From positions 3,278,601 through 3,342,600 of the forward strand of contig OY762276.1 in NCBI GenBank assembly GCA_963665445.1: a stretch of 64,000 bases of DNA. Direction: 5' to 3'. The stretch comes from an uncultured Desulfobulbus sp. (GTDB lineage: Bacteria; Desulfobacterota; Desulfobulbia; Desulfobulbales; Desulfobulbaceae). A program made the position numbers and the translations under genes. Shown here piece by piece: positions 47,627 to 58,419 of this stretch. A model generated the notes under the pieces. That model saw only the letters and a list, made by a program, of their open reading frames with translations. It ran no database searches and was not told the DNA's origin. Positions within the stretch are counted from its first letter, which is position 1, and the number at the start of each line of letters is the position of its first letter.

Positions 47627-49693
47627 GTGGCGAATTTGTATGGAGCCGATAAAAGTCCATTGAGAAGATCGAACCGGCGGCGTGCGGAACCCCTGCTCGA
47701 TGCGGAACGGCGCCGCGACAGCGGCGTAACCAAGCTCACACCCCGTGACGAGAGCGATCTCAGCGGCTACAAGAAAAAAGCGCTGTACAGCTGTATAGTG
47801 GTCATCGCCTTTTTTTCGGTGGTGATCACCCGCCTCTGGTTTCTGCAGATTCAACAGGGGGATGATTTCAGCGAACTTGCCGACAACAACCGCGTTCGCT
47901 CCATTGAAATCGCGGCACCGCGCGGCAATGTCTATGATCGCAAAGGCCGCGAACTGGTGACCAACCGCCCCTCGTTCAACGTGGTCTGGATGCGCGAAAA
48001 CAACAAAATCGATGACGAGTGGCTGAAAAACCTCACCCGCATTCTCCGTCAGGATCCCTCGGTTCTTCTCGACAAAATCCGCAAAATGGCGAACACCCCC
48101 GGTCATCTGCCGGTACGGCTGGCCGAAGATATCGATTGGGAAACCGTCGCCCGCATCGAGAACAACCGCATGTACCTGCCTGAGATCAAGATCGAGGTCG
48201 TCCCGCTTCGTATCTATCACTTTAACAACCTCGCCTCTCACCTCATCGGTTACATGGGGGAAATCAACAAGGCTGAACTTGATAAGGCCCAGGCGGATCC
48301 GAATGACAAGGAGCGTTACAAGGGGGGCGACCTGATCGGCAAGATGGGGCTGGAGCGACTACGCGAAGTTGATCTTCGCGGTGAAAAAGGCCACCACAAC
48401 GTGGAAGTCAACGCCCTTGGTTTCGAGCAACAGAACCTCAAAGGCGACGAACCCCTGCCGGGCAACGACATCCGCTTAACCCTGGATGCCGAGTTGCAGA
48501 GAATCGCCGAAGAGGAAATGGCCGCAAAAAATCGTGCCGGAGCTGTTGTGGCCATGGAGGCCCAAACTGGCCGCATCCTCGTTGCTGCCAGTGCGCCTGA
48601 ACTTCACCTCGAAGAATTTGTCGGAGGCATCTCACACAAGGCCTGGCAGTCCATGCTGCAGAACCCCCTGCACCCGCTGATCAACAAACTGATTCAGGGG
48701 CAGTATCCTCCGGGCTCCACCTACAAGCCGGTGACCGCCTTTGCCGGATTGGCCGAGGGGGTGATCACGCCGGACACCACCGTTTTCTGTCCGGGATTCT
48801 ATCGTTTCGGCAACCGGGTCTACCGTTGTTGGAAACATTCAGGCCACGGAACGGTCAACCTCAAACGCGCCATATCCGAATCCTGCGACGTCTATTTCTA
48901 TCAGGTAGGCCAGCGACTGGGCGTCGACCGATTGGCCCGTTATGCCAAGATGTTCGGCCTCGGCGCAAAAACCGGCGTAGAGATGGAACACGAAAAGCCG
49001 GGCATCGTTCCCTCCTCGGATTGGAAAAAAAAGCGCTATGGAGTGAAATGGCATGAGGGCGAAACCCTCTCCGTGGCCATCGGCCAGGGCTATGACCTGG
49101 CCACCCCCCTGCAGATCGCCCTGATGACCTCGGTCATCGCCAATGGCGGCACCCTGTACAAACCAACCGTGGTCGAGCAGGTCACCGATCCTGACGGCCG
49201 AGTGGTGAGTTCCTTCAAACCGGAAATCCTCTCCCGCATCACAGGCCAAGGCCATAATCTCAAACTGGTTCGCGAAGGCATGGTCGAGGCGGTCAACGGC
49301 CGTCGAGGCACCGGGCGAGAGGCCAAGATCGATGCCCACGGCATTATCGTCGGCGGCAAGACCGGTACGGCCCAGGTCGTCCGCCTGGCCCAGTACAAGC
49401 ATCTCAAAGAGGAAAACATTCCCTACGAATACCGCGATCACGCCTGGTTCACCTGCTTTGCCCCGGCGATCAATCCGGAAATCGTGGTGACCGTACTGGT
49501 CGAGCACGGTCTTCACGGCGGTTCGGCCTCTGCTCCCATTGCCGCCAAAATCCTCAACAGTTATTTTGAAGACAAGATGAAGGGCCAGAATCAAGCCGAT
49601 AAACAGGGGAGCGAAAACCATCGGGTCATCCTCTCCCAGGAGATGATCGAGGAAACCGATCCTCCCCCCCCCGAAGATGAGGGGCGCAACTGA
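47627..49693 (+). CDS. mrdA: Penicillin-binding protein 2
   Basis: APRGNVYDRKG, PPGSTYK (SxxK), SCDVYFY (SxD), GKTGTAQ. Start GTG 47627 or track ATG 47582. Confidence 0.95.
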   Translation: MANLYGADKSPLRRSNRRRAEPLLDAERRRDSGVTKLTPRDESDLSGYKKKALYSCIVVIAFFSVVITRLWFLQIQQGDDFSELADNNRVRSIEIAAPRGNVYDRKGRELVTNRPSFNVVWMRENNKIDDEWLKNLTRILRQDPSVLLDKIRKMANTPGHLPVRLAEDIDWETVARIENNRMYLPEIKIEVVPLRIYHFNNLASHLIGYMGEINKAELDKAQADPNDKERYKGGDLIGKMGLERLREVDLRGEKGHHNVEVNALGFEQQNLKGDEPLPGNDIRLTLDAELQRIAEEEMAAKNRAGAVVAMEAQTGRILVAASAPELHLEEFVGGISHKAWQSMLQNPLHPLINKLIQGQYPPGSTYKPVTAFAGLAEGVITPDTTVFCPGFYRFGNRVYRCWKHSGHGTVNLKRAISESCDVYFYQVGQRLGVDRLARYAKMFGLGAKTGVEMEHEKPGIVPSSDWKKKRYGVKWHEGETLSVAIGQGYDLATPLQIALMTSVIANGGTLYKPTVVEQVTDPDGRVVSSFKPEILSRITGQGHNLKLVREGMVEAVNGRRGTGREAKIDAHGIIVGGKTGTAQVVRLAQYKHLKEENIPYEYRDHAWFTCFAPAINPEIVVTVLVEHGLHGGSASAPIAAKILNSYFEDKMKGQNQADKQGSENHRVILSQEMIEETDPPPPEDEGRN

Positions 49694-49801
49694 TCGCTGA
49701 CGAATGCGTACCTGACTGCAGCCAATCGATCTTTGCGGTATCGCAAAAAACCACATTGACTAACCACAACTTCCAGCATTTAGACTTTATACGAGGTCAT
49801 C

Positions 49802-50926
49802 ATGTTTCAATTTGACCGCCGCCTTCTCCAGCACTTTGACTGGGTCATGCTGTTGATGCTGGTGCTGGTGGGCTCCATGGCGTTGACCAACCTCTACAGC
49901 TCCACCTACCTCACCGATATCGGTCCATCGTCCATCTTTTTCAAACAGGCGATCTTTTACGGCTTCGGCCTGGCGATGATCCTGTTTCTCCTGGCGTTCG
50001 ATTATCATCGCATCGCCAAACTCGGATACGTCTTCTACGTTGCCATCCTGCTCCTGCTGACCTATACCCTCTTTTTCGTCAAGGCTATTTCCGGGTCCCA
50101 GCGGTGGATCGACCTCGGATTTTTCAATCTGCAGCCGTCCGAACCGACCAAACTGGTCCTGATTCTGGTGCTGGCCTCCTGTTACGCCAGCACCAACGCT
50201 CCCGGCGGCTACAGGTTGCTTGATCTGATCAAACCCATCCTGCTCACCGCCCTGCCCTTCGCCCTGATCCTGCTGCAGCCGGATTTGGGAACCGCCCTCA
50301 TCTGTGCCATCATCTTTGTCTCCATGACCCTCTATGTCCGTCTACGCTGGAGCACCCTGAGCATCCTTGGCGGCGCCGGTCTTGGCTGCGCCTTTATCGG
50401 CTGGAAATTTCTGCTCAAAGAGTACCAGCGAAAACGCATAGAGACCTTTCTCAATCCGGAAGCGGACCCGATGAACCACGGATATCAAATCATGCAATCG
50501 AAGATTGCGGTGGGCAGCGGCAAGGTCTTTGGCAAGGGGTTCATGGAGGGGACCCAAGGGCATCTGCACTTTCTGCCGGAGCGGCATACAGACTTCGCCT
50601 TTTCGGTCTGGGGTGAGGAATGGGGATTTGCGGGATCGCTTTTTTTCCTCAGCTGCTACTTCTTCATGCTGGTCTGGGGCCTGAACGTGGCCATGTCAGC
50701 CAAAGACAAGTTCGGTTCGATCCTTGCCTTTGGCTGTACCATGCTCATCTTCTGGCAGGCGGTGATCAATCTGTTCATGATCATGGGTTTTCTGCCGGTG
50801 GTCGGTGTCCCCCTCCCCCTGTTCAGTTACGGCGGCTCCTCGTTGTTGACCAATCTGCTGGCACTCGGGCTGATCATGAACGTGCGCATGCGCAGCTTCA
50901 CCGCGGAAACACCGGCCAACGGTTAA
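49802..50926 (+). CDS. rodA: Rod shape-determining protein RodA (SEDS)
   Basis: GSQRWIDLG...QPSE, QPDLGTA, GYQIMQSKIAVGSG, PERHTDFAF, PLFSYGGSS. Confidence 0.96.
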   Translation: MFQFDRRLLQHFDWVMLLMLVLVGSMALTNLYSSTYLTDIGPSSIFFKQAIFYGFGLAMILFLLAFDYHRIAKLGYVFYVAILLLLTYTLFFVKAISGSQRWIDLGFFNLQPSEPTKLVLILVLASCYASTNAPGGYRLLDLIKPILLTALPFALILLQPDLGTALICAIIFVSMTLYVRLRWSTLSILGGAGLGCAFIGWKFLLKEYQRKRIETFLNPEADPMNHGYQIMQSKIAVGSGKVFGKGFMEGTQGHLHFLPERHTDFAFSVWGEEWGFAGSLFFLSCYFFMLVWGLNVAMSAKDKFGSILAFGCTMLIFWQAVINLFMIMGFLPVVGVPLPLFSYGGSSLLTNLLALGLIMNVRMRSFTAETPANG

Positions 50927-51891
50927 TCTCTCAAACGGCCTGCGGCCTCGACCACCAGGGACTGCAGGCCGGCAATAAACTGCGGATCGTCGTTGAGCGC
51001 AGGTGTCACGGCAAAACGCATCCCCAGGCCTTCGGCCATCTCCCGATACTGGATGTCGATTTCATACAGTGTTTCCACGTGGTCGGAAACAAAGGAGATC
51101 GGCAGGACCAGCATGTTGCGTTTTCCTTCACCGGCCAACTCCTCAATCACCTCCGGCAAGGCTGGCCCCAGCCACTCCACGGGGCCGCTGCGACTCTGGT
51201 AGCACAGTCGGCCGGTAACACCGGTAATCGCCTCGAGGCGATCTATGGTCTTGTGCAGATGCCGTACGTAAGGGTCGCCCTCGGCGATAAACTGCACCGG
51301 AAGACTGTGGGCGCTGTACACCAACTGCACCTCCTCGCCTGCAAAAGCAGCCATCCCTTCGCGAACCCGCACTGCCAGACATTGGATAAAATCGTCCTGT
51401 TCCGGCCAGGCCTCAATGATATGGAGGGGGAGCCGCATCCCCGCCTTCGTCATCTGCACTTTGAGATCGGACAGGGAAGAGCCGGTTGTGGCAATCGAGT
51501 AGTGGGGATAGAGCGGCAGGGCGATCAACCGACGCACCTGGGCAACACGCAGCTGCGCCAGCGCCTCATCAGCAAAAGGATGCCAGTAGCGCATGCAGGG
51601 CCGCACGACAAAGTTACCCACAGACGCCAGCACCTCCTCCAAGGTCCTGGCCTGCTCTTCGGTCTTGGCCCGTATCGGTGAACCGCCACCAATGCGGCGG
51701 TAGTTGGCCATGCTTTTCGGCGCCCGCCGGTATGCGATGATTCGAGCGATAATCTTCTGCATAAAGGCTGGGCCAAGCCGAATGATCTGCCGATCGGAAA
51801 ACAGATTCAGCAAAAAAGGGCGAACATCTTCGAGCCGGTCCGGACCACCGAGATTCAACAGTAACACGCCTATTTTCTCTTGAGTATTCAT
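50923..51891 (-). CDS. hemH: Ferrochelatase
   Basis: LLNLGGP, YRRIGGGSP, MRYWHP, PLYPHYS, FSAHS-like YSAHSLP, YQSR, SFVSDHVETL. Confidence 0.96.
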   Translation of the reverse strand: MNTQEKIGVLLLNLGGPDRLEDVRPFLLNLFSDRQIIRLGPAFMQKIIARIIAYRRAPKSMANYRRIGGGSPIRAKTEEQARTLEEVLASVGNFVVRPCMRYWHPFADEALAQLRVAQVRRLIALPLYPHYSIATTGSSLSDLKVQMTKAGMRLPLHIIEAWPEQDDFIQCLAVRVREGMAAFAGEEVQLVYSAHSLPVQFIAEGDPYVRHLHKTIDRLEAITGVTGRLCYQSRSGPVEWLGPALPEVIEELAGEGKRNMLVLPISFVSDHVETLYEIDIQYREMAEGLGMRFAVTPALNDDPQFIAGLQSLVVEAAGRLRD

Positions 51892-52168
51892 GCCGTTACT
51901 CTACTCTTGAGTTGTATTTTCCGTCAAGAAAATGTGTTCCCCCCCTTGATTTACCATTCAGGCAGTGCCTATAATTGAATCATGCTCAAGCGGTTTCCTT
52001 CCCCCAACAGAATCCCAGCGTGTGATTTGCACGCCTATTTCCCCGATAATCACTCTCAACGGATTGCGCAGGGAGAGTATAAATCCGTCCTTACCTCCTA
52101 GGAAACCGCTGCCTGATCCACAGGTAGCGGCATGGGGTCGCTACCGCAGTTCACATCGGAGGATGTTT

Positions 52169-52711
52169 ATGGAACTGAAAATCGAGGCTAAAAATCTTGA
52201 CCTACGAAAGAGCTGGCAGGAAAAAATTGAGGAAGAGCGAAACCGGCTCAACCGCCACTATGCAAATTTCGTCCTCCATTTACGCGTTTCTATTGAAGCA
52301 ACACCGGGGTATAAGGAAGGAGGGTATGAGGTCCGATTGGTTGCTACTGTCCCCAATGATACGGTAGCCGTCAAGCGCTGGGGAGAAAGTGTCCGCAGCC
52401 TGCTGACCGAGGCTTTTGATGTTCTCGGATCACAGCTCAAGGAGATCGTCAAAAAGAAACAAAACCATAAAGCGGCAAAGGTCTCCGGAGCGGTCATTGA
52501 CGGGAAATCCACCGGTATTGTTCGCAAAATCGTCGCCGATGAGTCCTACGGGTTCATCGTCACGGACGACAAGCTAGATGTATTCTTCCATGCCAACTCG
52601 CTCAAGGATGTAGCCATCAACGAGCTCGCCGAAGGGGACGAGGTTCTCTTTGCCATGGAAGAGGGTGCTCAAGGACCGCAGGCGACCTGGGTTAGGGTCG
52701 GCCATGCCTGA
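52169..52711 (+). CDS. HPF/RaiA-like ribosome-associated domain fused to a cold-shock domain
   Basis: N-terminal HPF-like fold, C-terminal YGFI..DVFFHAN..GPQA. GGAGG RBS. Confidence 0.85.
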   Translation: MELKIEAKNLDLRKSWQEKIEEERNRLNRHYANFVLHLRVSIEATPGYKEGGYEVRLVATVPNDTVAVKRWGESVRSLLTEAFDVLGSQLKEIVKKKQNHKAAKVSGAVIDGKSTGIVRKIVADESYGFIVTDDKLDVFFHANSLKDVAINELAEGDEVLFAMEEGAQGPQATWVRVGHA

Positions 52712-52760
52712 TCTGCCTCCTAGCTGAATCCGGCGCACCACCGGCGCCGTCATATATGGG

Positions 52761-52788
52761 GCCCTGCCTTTGAGGCAGGGCTTTTTTT
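52761..52788 (+). terminator. Intrinsic terminator
   Basis: GCCCTGCCT-TTG-AGGCAGGGC followed by T7. Confidence 0.85.
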
Positions 52789-52959
52789 ATGCCCACGGCC
52801 CAAGCACAATGCCATCGTGAATCCAAGTTGCTACCAAAAACAGATTCTGCTTGGTCAAGGGCAAACTCCCGTGTACAACGACAGGTTAAAATGATGACGG
52901 TCGCCCAGCCAACCGGCAACCGGCCCCTTGCCCTTTTCTGCACAAAACATCACATCGAC

Positions 52960-55644
52960 ATGACCCAACCGGAACTCTATCTGATCGACGGAAGCGCCTA
53001 TATCTACCGGGCCTATCACGCCATTAAACCGCTGTCCAACTCCCACGGCCTGCCCACCCATGCGGTTTTCGGGTTCACCTCCATTCTCAGGCGGCTGCTC
53101 AAGGAACGCGCTCCCCAATACCTGGCGGTTGCCTTTGACACCCGGGGGCCGGTTTTTCGACATCGTCTCTACGATCAGTACAAGGCAAACAGGCCTCCCA
53201 TGCCCGAGGATCTGGCCACGCAGATCCCCTATATTCATCGCCTGGTCGATGCCTACCGTATCCCCAATCTCCAGGATGGTGATCAGGAAGCCGACGACCT
53301 GATCGCCTCGGTCACCCGGAAAATGGTATCCCAGGGCTACAAAATAGTCATCGTCTCCGGTGATAAAGACCTGCTGCAACTGGTCTCTGCCAACGTCACC
53401 CTTTGGGATCCGATGAACAACCGATTGATGGATGAGACGGCTGTGGAGGAAAAGTATGGCCTCCCACCCTGCAAACTGCTCGATTATTTCGCGCTCACCG
53501 GTGACAGTAGCGACAACATTCCCGGTGTTCCAGGAGTCGGGCCCAAATCGGCACAAAAGTTTATTGCCGAATACGGCAACCTTGAAGGCTTGTATGCAGT
53601 GGCCGATCAGTTGAAGCAGAGCAAGATGGTACGCCAGATTCAGGACAACCGCGAGCAGGCATTTTTATCTCGCGACCTGGTCCGGCTCAATGAGGCCGCA
53701 CCGGTTCCGGAAAATATCGCCGACTATCGCTACCAGGAACCGGACGAGGAGAAACTCCGTGAACTTTTTCAGGAATTGGAATTCCTCTCTCTGCTCCAGG
53801 AGGTGAACACCGCCAAACGCATCGAGACCTCCGCTTTTCATCTGGTCCAGGATGCTGAGGCCCTGCACGCACTGAGTGAGCGGCTGGAACAGGTCTCTCA
53901 TTTCGCCCTGGATACGGAAACCGATTCCCTGGAAACGCTCAGTGCCAACCTGGTGGGTGTCTCAATCGGTGTCGATGACGGCGAGGCCTGGTATCTCCCC
54001 TGCGGCCATCGCACCCCCGAGGGGACGCTGCTTCCCTGTCAACTTTCTGTCACAGAGATCGTCAACGTCCTGCAGCCGGTGCTGATGCGCGAGGATATCA
54101 CCAAGATCGGGCACAATCTCAAATTCGATCTCGCCATCCTTGCGGCTCCGCACAACGGTGGAATGCAGCCGGCCGGCCCGCTCTACGACACCATGATCGG
54201 TGCCTGGTTGCTCGAGCCTGACCGACATTCGTACAAACTCGATGATCTCTGTCTGGAACTCGGCCTCAAGATGACCGGTTTTGCCGAGGTAACGGCCAAA
54301 GATCCGGCTCCGGATGCCTTTTGCCGGGTCGGCCTCGAGGCCGCCACCCATTACAGCTGCGAGGATGTGTTCGGGGCCATGCGCCTCTACCAGCACCAGG
54401 GACCATTGCTCGCCGAAGCCGGGCTCGAGGCCTTGATGCGCGATGTGGAAGGGCCGCTCATTCCGGTCCTGGCCGCCATGGAGCAGGCGGGCATTCTGGT
54501 CGATGCGGCCCAACTGGAGCAGCTGTCCCTGGAGTTTGCCAATCGGCTCGACGCGTTTGAACACTCCATTTACGACTGTGCCGGCATTTCCTTTAATATC
54601 AACTCGCCCAAGCAGCTTGGCGAGATTCTCTTTGAACGGCTGCAGCTCCCCAAGGGACGCAAAACCAAAACCGGCTGGTCCACCGATGTCAAGGTGCTCG
54701 AAAGCCTGAGCCAGACCCACGAACTGCCAGCACTCATTCTCCAATACCGCAACCTGGCCAAGCTCAAATCCACCTATGTGGACAAGCTGGCCAGTCTGCA
54801 AAATGCCAAGACCGGCCGGGTGCACACCTCGTTCAATCAATGCGGCACAGCCACCGGGCGCTTGAGCTCGAGCAATCCCAATCTGCAGAATATTCCCATC
54901 CGTACCGAGGAGGGACGGCGGATCCGCTCAGCCTTCATCGCCGCCGAAGGCTGCTCGCTGCTCTCTGCCGACTATTCCCAGATCGACTTGCGGGTTCTGG
55001 CCCATTACAGCCAGGATCCGGCGCTAATGACCGCTTTTCAAAACGGCCAGGACATTCACAGCCGAACCGCTGCCGAAATTTTTTTCGTAGCCCCCGAACT
55101 GGTCACCTCGGAGATGCGTAGGGTAGCCAAGAGCATCAATTTCGGCATCGTCTATGGCATGTCCAGCTTTGGATTGTCCAACCAGCTGCAGATTAGCCGC
55201 AAGGAAGCCCAGACCTTTATTGATCGCTACTTCGCTCACTTTTCCGGAATCAAGGATTTTATGGAAAAAATTGTCGCAACAGCGAAACAGGACGGCTACG
55301 TCACCACTTTGCTCGGGCGGCGCCGGCCGCTTCCCGACATCACCAGCAGCAACCGGGTGCAACGAGAATTCGCCGAACGAACCGCGATCAACACCCCCAT
55401 CCAGGGCACAGCTGCCGATATCATCAAACTGGCCATGTTACGTATTCACCATGCGTTGATGCAATCGGGATTACAATCCCGTATGCTCCTGCAAATCCAC
55501 GATGAATTGGTCCTAGAGGTACCAGAGACGGAGATCGAACCGGTCTCGAAATTACTGAAAGAACACATGGAGGAAGCACTTCCCCTGCGAGTGCCGCTGG
55601 TTGTCCATCTCAGCTGCAGCCAGAGCCTGGAAAAGGCCGATTAA
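52960..55644 (+). CDS. polA: DNA polymerase I
   Basis: LIDGSAYIYRAY, EADD, DTET, GHNLKFD, SSSNPNLQNIP, ADYSQIDLR, AKSINFGIVYG, QIHDEL. Confidence 0.98.
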   Translation: MTQPELYLIDGSAYIYRAYHAIKPLSNSHGLPTHAVFGFTSILRRLLKERAPQYLAVAFDTRGPVFRHRLYDQYKANRPPMPEDLATQIPYIHRLVDAYRIPNLQDGDQEADDLIASVTRKMVSQGYKIVIVSGDKDLLQLVSANVTLWDPMNNRLMDETAVEEKYGLPPCKLLDYFALTGDSSDNIPGVPGVGPKSAQKFIAEYGNLEGLYAVADQLKQSKMVRQIQDNREQAFLSRDLVRLNEAAPVPENIADYRYQEPDEEKLRELFQELEFLSLLQEVNTAKRIETSAFHLVQDAEALHALSERLEQVSHFALDTETDSLETLSANLVGVSIGVDDGEAWYLPCGHRTPEGTLLPCQLSVTEIVNVLQPVLMREDITKIGHNLKFDLAILAAPHNGGMQPAGPLYDTMIGAWLLEPDRHSYKLDDLCLELGLKMTGFAEVTAKDPAPDAFCRVGLEAATHYSCEDVFGAMRLYQHQGPLLAEAGLEALMRDVEGPLIPVLAAMEQAGILVDAAQLEQLSLEFANRLDAFEHSIYDCAGISFNINSPKQLGEILFERLQLPKGRKTKTGWSTDVKVLESLSQTHELPALILQYRNLAKLKSTYVDKLASLQNAKTGRVHTSFNQCGTATGRLSSSNPNLQNIPIRTEEGRRIRSAFIAAEGCSLLSADYSQIDLRVLAHYSQDPALMTAFQNGQDIHSRTAAEIFFVAPELVTSEMRRVAKSINFGIVYGMSSFGLSNQLQISRKEAQTFIDRYFAHFSGIKDFMEKIVATAKQDGYVTTLLGRRRPLPDITSSNRVQREFAERTAINTPIQGTAADIIKLAMLRIHHALMQSGLQSRMLLQIHDELVLEVPETEIEPVSKLLKEHMEEALPLRVPLVVHLSCSQSLEKAD

Positions 55645-56051
55645 TCTTGTCGTGCTCGGTAAAAGCCTCGGTAGTAACGTCGTTCATCGGGCTGTGAATG
55701 AGAATGACAATTTTTACTTTACATTTTTCAAAGAACCATCTAAAGACGAATTGTTCCGTGTTTTAGCCCTGTTGCGGCAAACATGAATCGATTGAGCTGG
55801 CAGGCTGCACATGGGGTGCGTTGTTGTGCACCGCCGCAACCATCTCAACAAGGCCAGCTGGCTCTATGCAATATCCGGAATATGTCCACATCCTTTCCGT
55901 TATTACGGAAAATAAAGACAGAAGGAGAAGAACAGAACAGGTTGGAACATCGAAAATTCGTTGTAACGGTCGCTGAGCTGCAGAAAACAGAGGCTGCAAT
56001 TCGTTGTAATTGGGGCTAATCACCCTCTACCAGCCGCCACCCCCCAATTTC

Positions 56052-56067
56052 AGGCACAGTGCTTGCT
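56052..56067 (+). promoter_or_regulatory. Candidate sigma54 (-24/-12) promoter
   Basis: AGGCACAGTGCTTGCT = GG-N10-GC with GGCAC and TTGCT, 34 bp upstream of ATG 56101. Confidence 0.55.
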
Positions 56068-56100
56068 TTAGAAAAGGCAATACAGCATGAACAGGGAGGA

Positions 56101-56229
56101 ATGACTATGACTCCGAGAGAAGCGATCCGAATCCTGATGTTGAGTCCCATTTATTTTCGCTTACGCCCGCTGCAGCGCTGGCAGCTGGTGCGCGAATACT
56201 GCAGGCAGTTTGCCGCCTGTAAACATTAA
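56101..56229 (+). CDS. 42-aa small protein
   Basis: GGGAGGA RBS, MTMTPREAIRILMLSPIYFRLRPLQRWQLVREYCRQFAACKH*. Below the ORF-track cutoff. Confidence 0.65.
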   Translation: MTMTPREAIRILMLSPIYFRLRPLQRWQLVREYCRQFAACKH

Positions 56230-56253
56230 CGCTGTATTTCCTTTCAAGCTGGA

Positions 56254-56634
56254 ATGACGACCGCTCTGCAGAGCCAGAACCCGGGTGGCAAGGAACGCCG
56301 CCAGCACAGACGATGCAAAATCCATCCAGATGCCCTTGTTTTTATTGGCAAAGAGCCAGGGAGCATCATCGACATGAGCGAAGGTGGACTCGCGGTTCAC
56401 TTCGTGTCAATGCGCCAGAGTTCCCCCTTACCGAAGCAGCTTGATCTCTTTTTCGAGGCAACCAGTCTTTATTTTCCAGACTTGCCGGTGATGGTGGTCA
56501 ATGAGATCTCCGCCCCACCCCACTCCATCTTCAGTTCGCTTTCCGCCAAACGTCTTTGCCTGCAATTCGGCCCACTTTCCAACGAACAGCATACCCACGT
56601 GCGTCATTTTCTCCAGACCTGTTCGATCAACTGA
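56254..56634 (+). CDS. PilZ-domain protein (c-di-GMP receptor)
   Basis: RRQHRR (RxxxR) and DMSEGG (D/NxSxxG). Confidence 0.85.
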   Translation: MTTALQSQNPGGKERRQHRRCKIHPDALVFIGKEPGSIIDMSEGGLAVHFVSMRQSSPLPKQLDLFFEATSLYFPDLPVMVVNEISAPPHSIFSSLSAKRLCLQFGPLSNEQHTHVRHFLQTCSIN

Positions 56635-56726
56635 CATTTGCGGCTGTTTGTTGCTGCACCGGCAGCACCTTGATGCCCCCCAAAAAAACTGCTCCTCGCA
56701 GCTGAAAGACACTAGATTTCCGATGG

Positions 56727-56758
56727 AAAAAGGTCGCACCAAGAGACGGCACGACCTT
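56727..56758 (-). terminator. Intrinsic terminator after gltA
   Basis: Minus strand AAGGTCG-TGCC...GGTG-CGACCTT followed by a T run. Confidence 0.55.
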
Positions 56759-56782
56759 GCATGTTCCTCCCTTTAGAGGAAA

Positions 56783-58084
56783 TCAGAGTCGATCGCAGAG
56801 GGGGACAAAGTTCCGTGCCGGAGCACCGATATAGATCTGCCGCGGCCGACATATTTTGGTGTCCCTGTCTTCGCGCATTTCCCGCCACTGGGAGATCCAG
56901 CCGGGAAGTCGTCCCAGGGCGAACATAACGGTAAACATATTGGTGGGAATACCGAGCGCCCGATAAATGATCCCCGAATAAAAATCGACATTGGGAAAGA
57001 GATGGCGACTGACAAAATAGTCGTCGGTCAGGACGATTTCCTCAAGATTACGGGCAATATCCAACAACGGATCCTTGACATTCAGCACCGCCAATATTCC
57101 GTCACAGGCATCCTTGATGATCTTCCCACGCGGATCATAGGTTCGATAGACGCGGTGGCCAAAGCCCGAGAGACGGAAAGGATCATTTTTATCCTTGGCT
57201 TTGGCAATGTACTTCTTATAATCGTTGTTGTCCTGATGGATGGCTTCCAGCATCTGCACAACCGCCTCGTTGGCCCCACCGTGCAACGGCCCCCACAGAG
57301 CATTGATACCGGCAGCGATGGAGGAGTACAGGTTGCCGCCGGCACTGCCGACCAGACGAACAGCCGAGGTGGAGCAGTTCTGTTCGTGATCTGCATGCAG
57401 GATCAGGAGTTTATTGAGCGCAGCCACGACTTCGGGCAGGACGGTGTACGGTCGAACCGGGGTATCGAACATCATGTTGAGAAAGTTACCACAGTACGAC
57501 AGATCATTTCGTGGATAAACCAAGGGCTGACCGATCGATTTCTTATAGGAAAAAGCGGCAATTGTCCGAATTTTCGAGATGAGACGCGTTGCTGTCAGGT
57601 CGATATTCTCCAGAGGATCCGCACTCATTTCCGGATAGAAGTTATGGAGACTGGTAACCATCGACGACAGGATCGACATCGGTGAGGCATTGGGCGGAAA
57701 CTTGTCGAAGAAATGGATCATATCCTCGTGAATCAAGGCCTGTTGCTCCAGCATGACCCGAAAGCCCTCGAGCTCGTCCCGGTTGGGCAGCTTGTTGTGC
57801 AGCAGCAGGTAGGCCACTTCAATGAACAGACACCGTTCCGCAAGGTCTTCAATGGCATATCCGCGATAGCGTAGAATACCTTTTTTACCGTCAAGATAGG
57901 TAATCGTACTGGTACAGGAGGCCGAATTTTTATAACCGGTGTCAAAAACGGTATACCCGGTATCCCGCAACAGATGACGAATATCGATCGATTTATCGCC
58001 TTCGACCCCCTCGATGAGAGGCAGATCATAGGTTGTGCCGTCAATATGCAATTGGGCAGTACGGGGGTGAACGGTTTCAGACAT
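56783..58084 (-). CDS. gltA: Citrate (Si)-synthase, bacterial type
   Basis: ITYLDGKKGILRYRGY, HADHEQNCST, LWGPLHGGAN, GFGHRVY, PNVDFYSG. GGAGG RBS. Confidence 0.97.
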   Translation of the reverse strand: MSETVHPRTAQLHIDGTTYDLPLIEGVEGDKSIDIRHLLRDTGYTVFDTGYKNSASCTSTITYLDGKKGILRYRGYAIEDLAERCLFIEVAYLLLHNKLPNRDELEGFRVMLEQQALIHEDMIHFFDKFPPNASPMSILSSMVTSLHNFYPEMSADPLENIDLTATRLISKIRTIAAFSYKKSIGQPLVYPRNDLSYCGNFLNMMFDTPVRPYTVLPEVVAALNKLLILHADHEQNCSTSAVRLVGSAGGNLYSSIAAGINALWGPLHGGANEAVVQMLEAIHQDNNDYKKYIAKAKDKNDPFRLSGFGHRVYRTYDPRGKIIKDACDGILAVLNVKDPLLDIARNLEEIVLTDDYFVSRHLFPNVDFYSGIIYRALGIPTNMFTVMFALGRLPGWISQWREMREDRDTKICRPRQIYIGAPARNFVPLCDRL

Positions 58085-58419
58085 AAACAAATCCTCCTAC
58101 AAATGAATGTCGAACTCCGGGGTAGCGGCGTGAGGAAACAGCCTGTTTCCAGGAAATACCTTAAGAGGTGAATAAACGATGCGTGGACCGGAATGGCCCG
58201 TTAGATTGTCGGTAAAGCAACCGCTTCTACCACGGGGCTAAGAAAAGACGCCAACAGAGGTGTCTGGAGTCCGGACAGATTAAAGAACGGTTCTTTTTAG
58301 CGCATTTATTGGAGAAGTTCAAGTAAGGCTCTGTGGTTAAAGAACAAAGCCGAAAAGACGAAGAGCTGCGGACGATGAAGAAATCTCACCGTATCTGCAG
58401 TTTTACCGAGAGTACAAGT

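Noticed and set aside
55645-56040. Short ORFs between polA and the small peptide (55601-55786, 55783-56019, 55763-56023)
   Set aside because: No RBS or recognisable motif, and they overlap each other.
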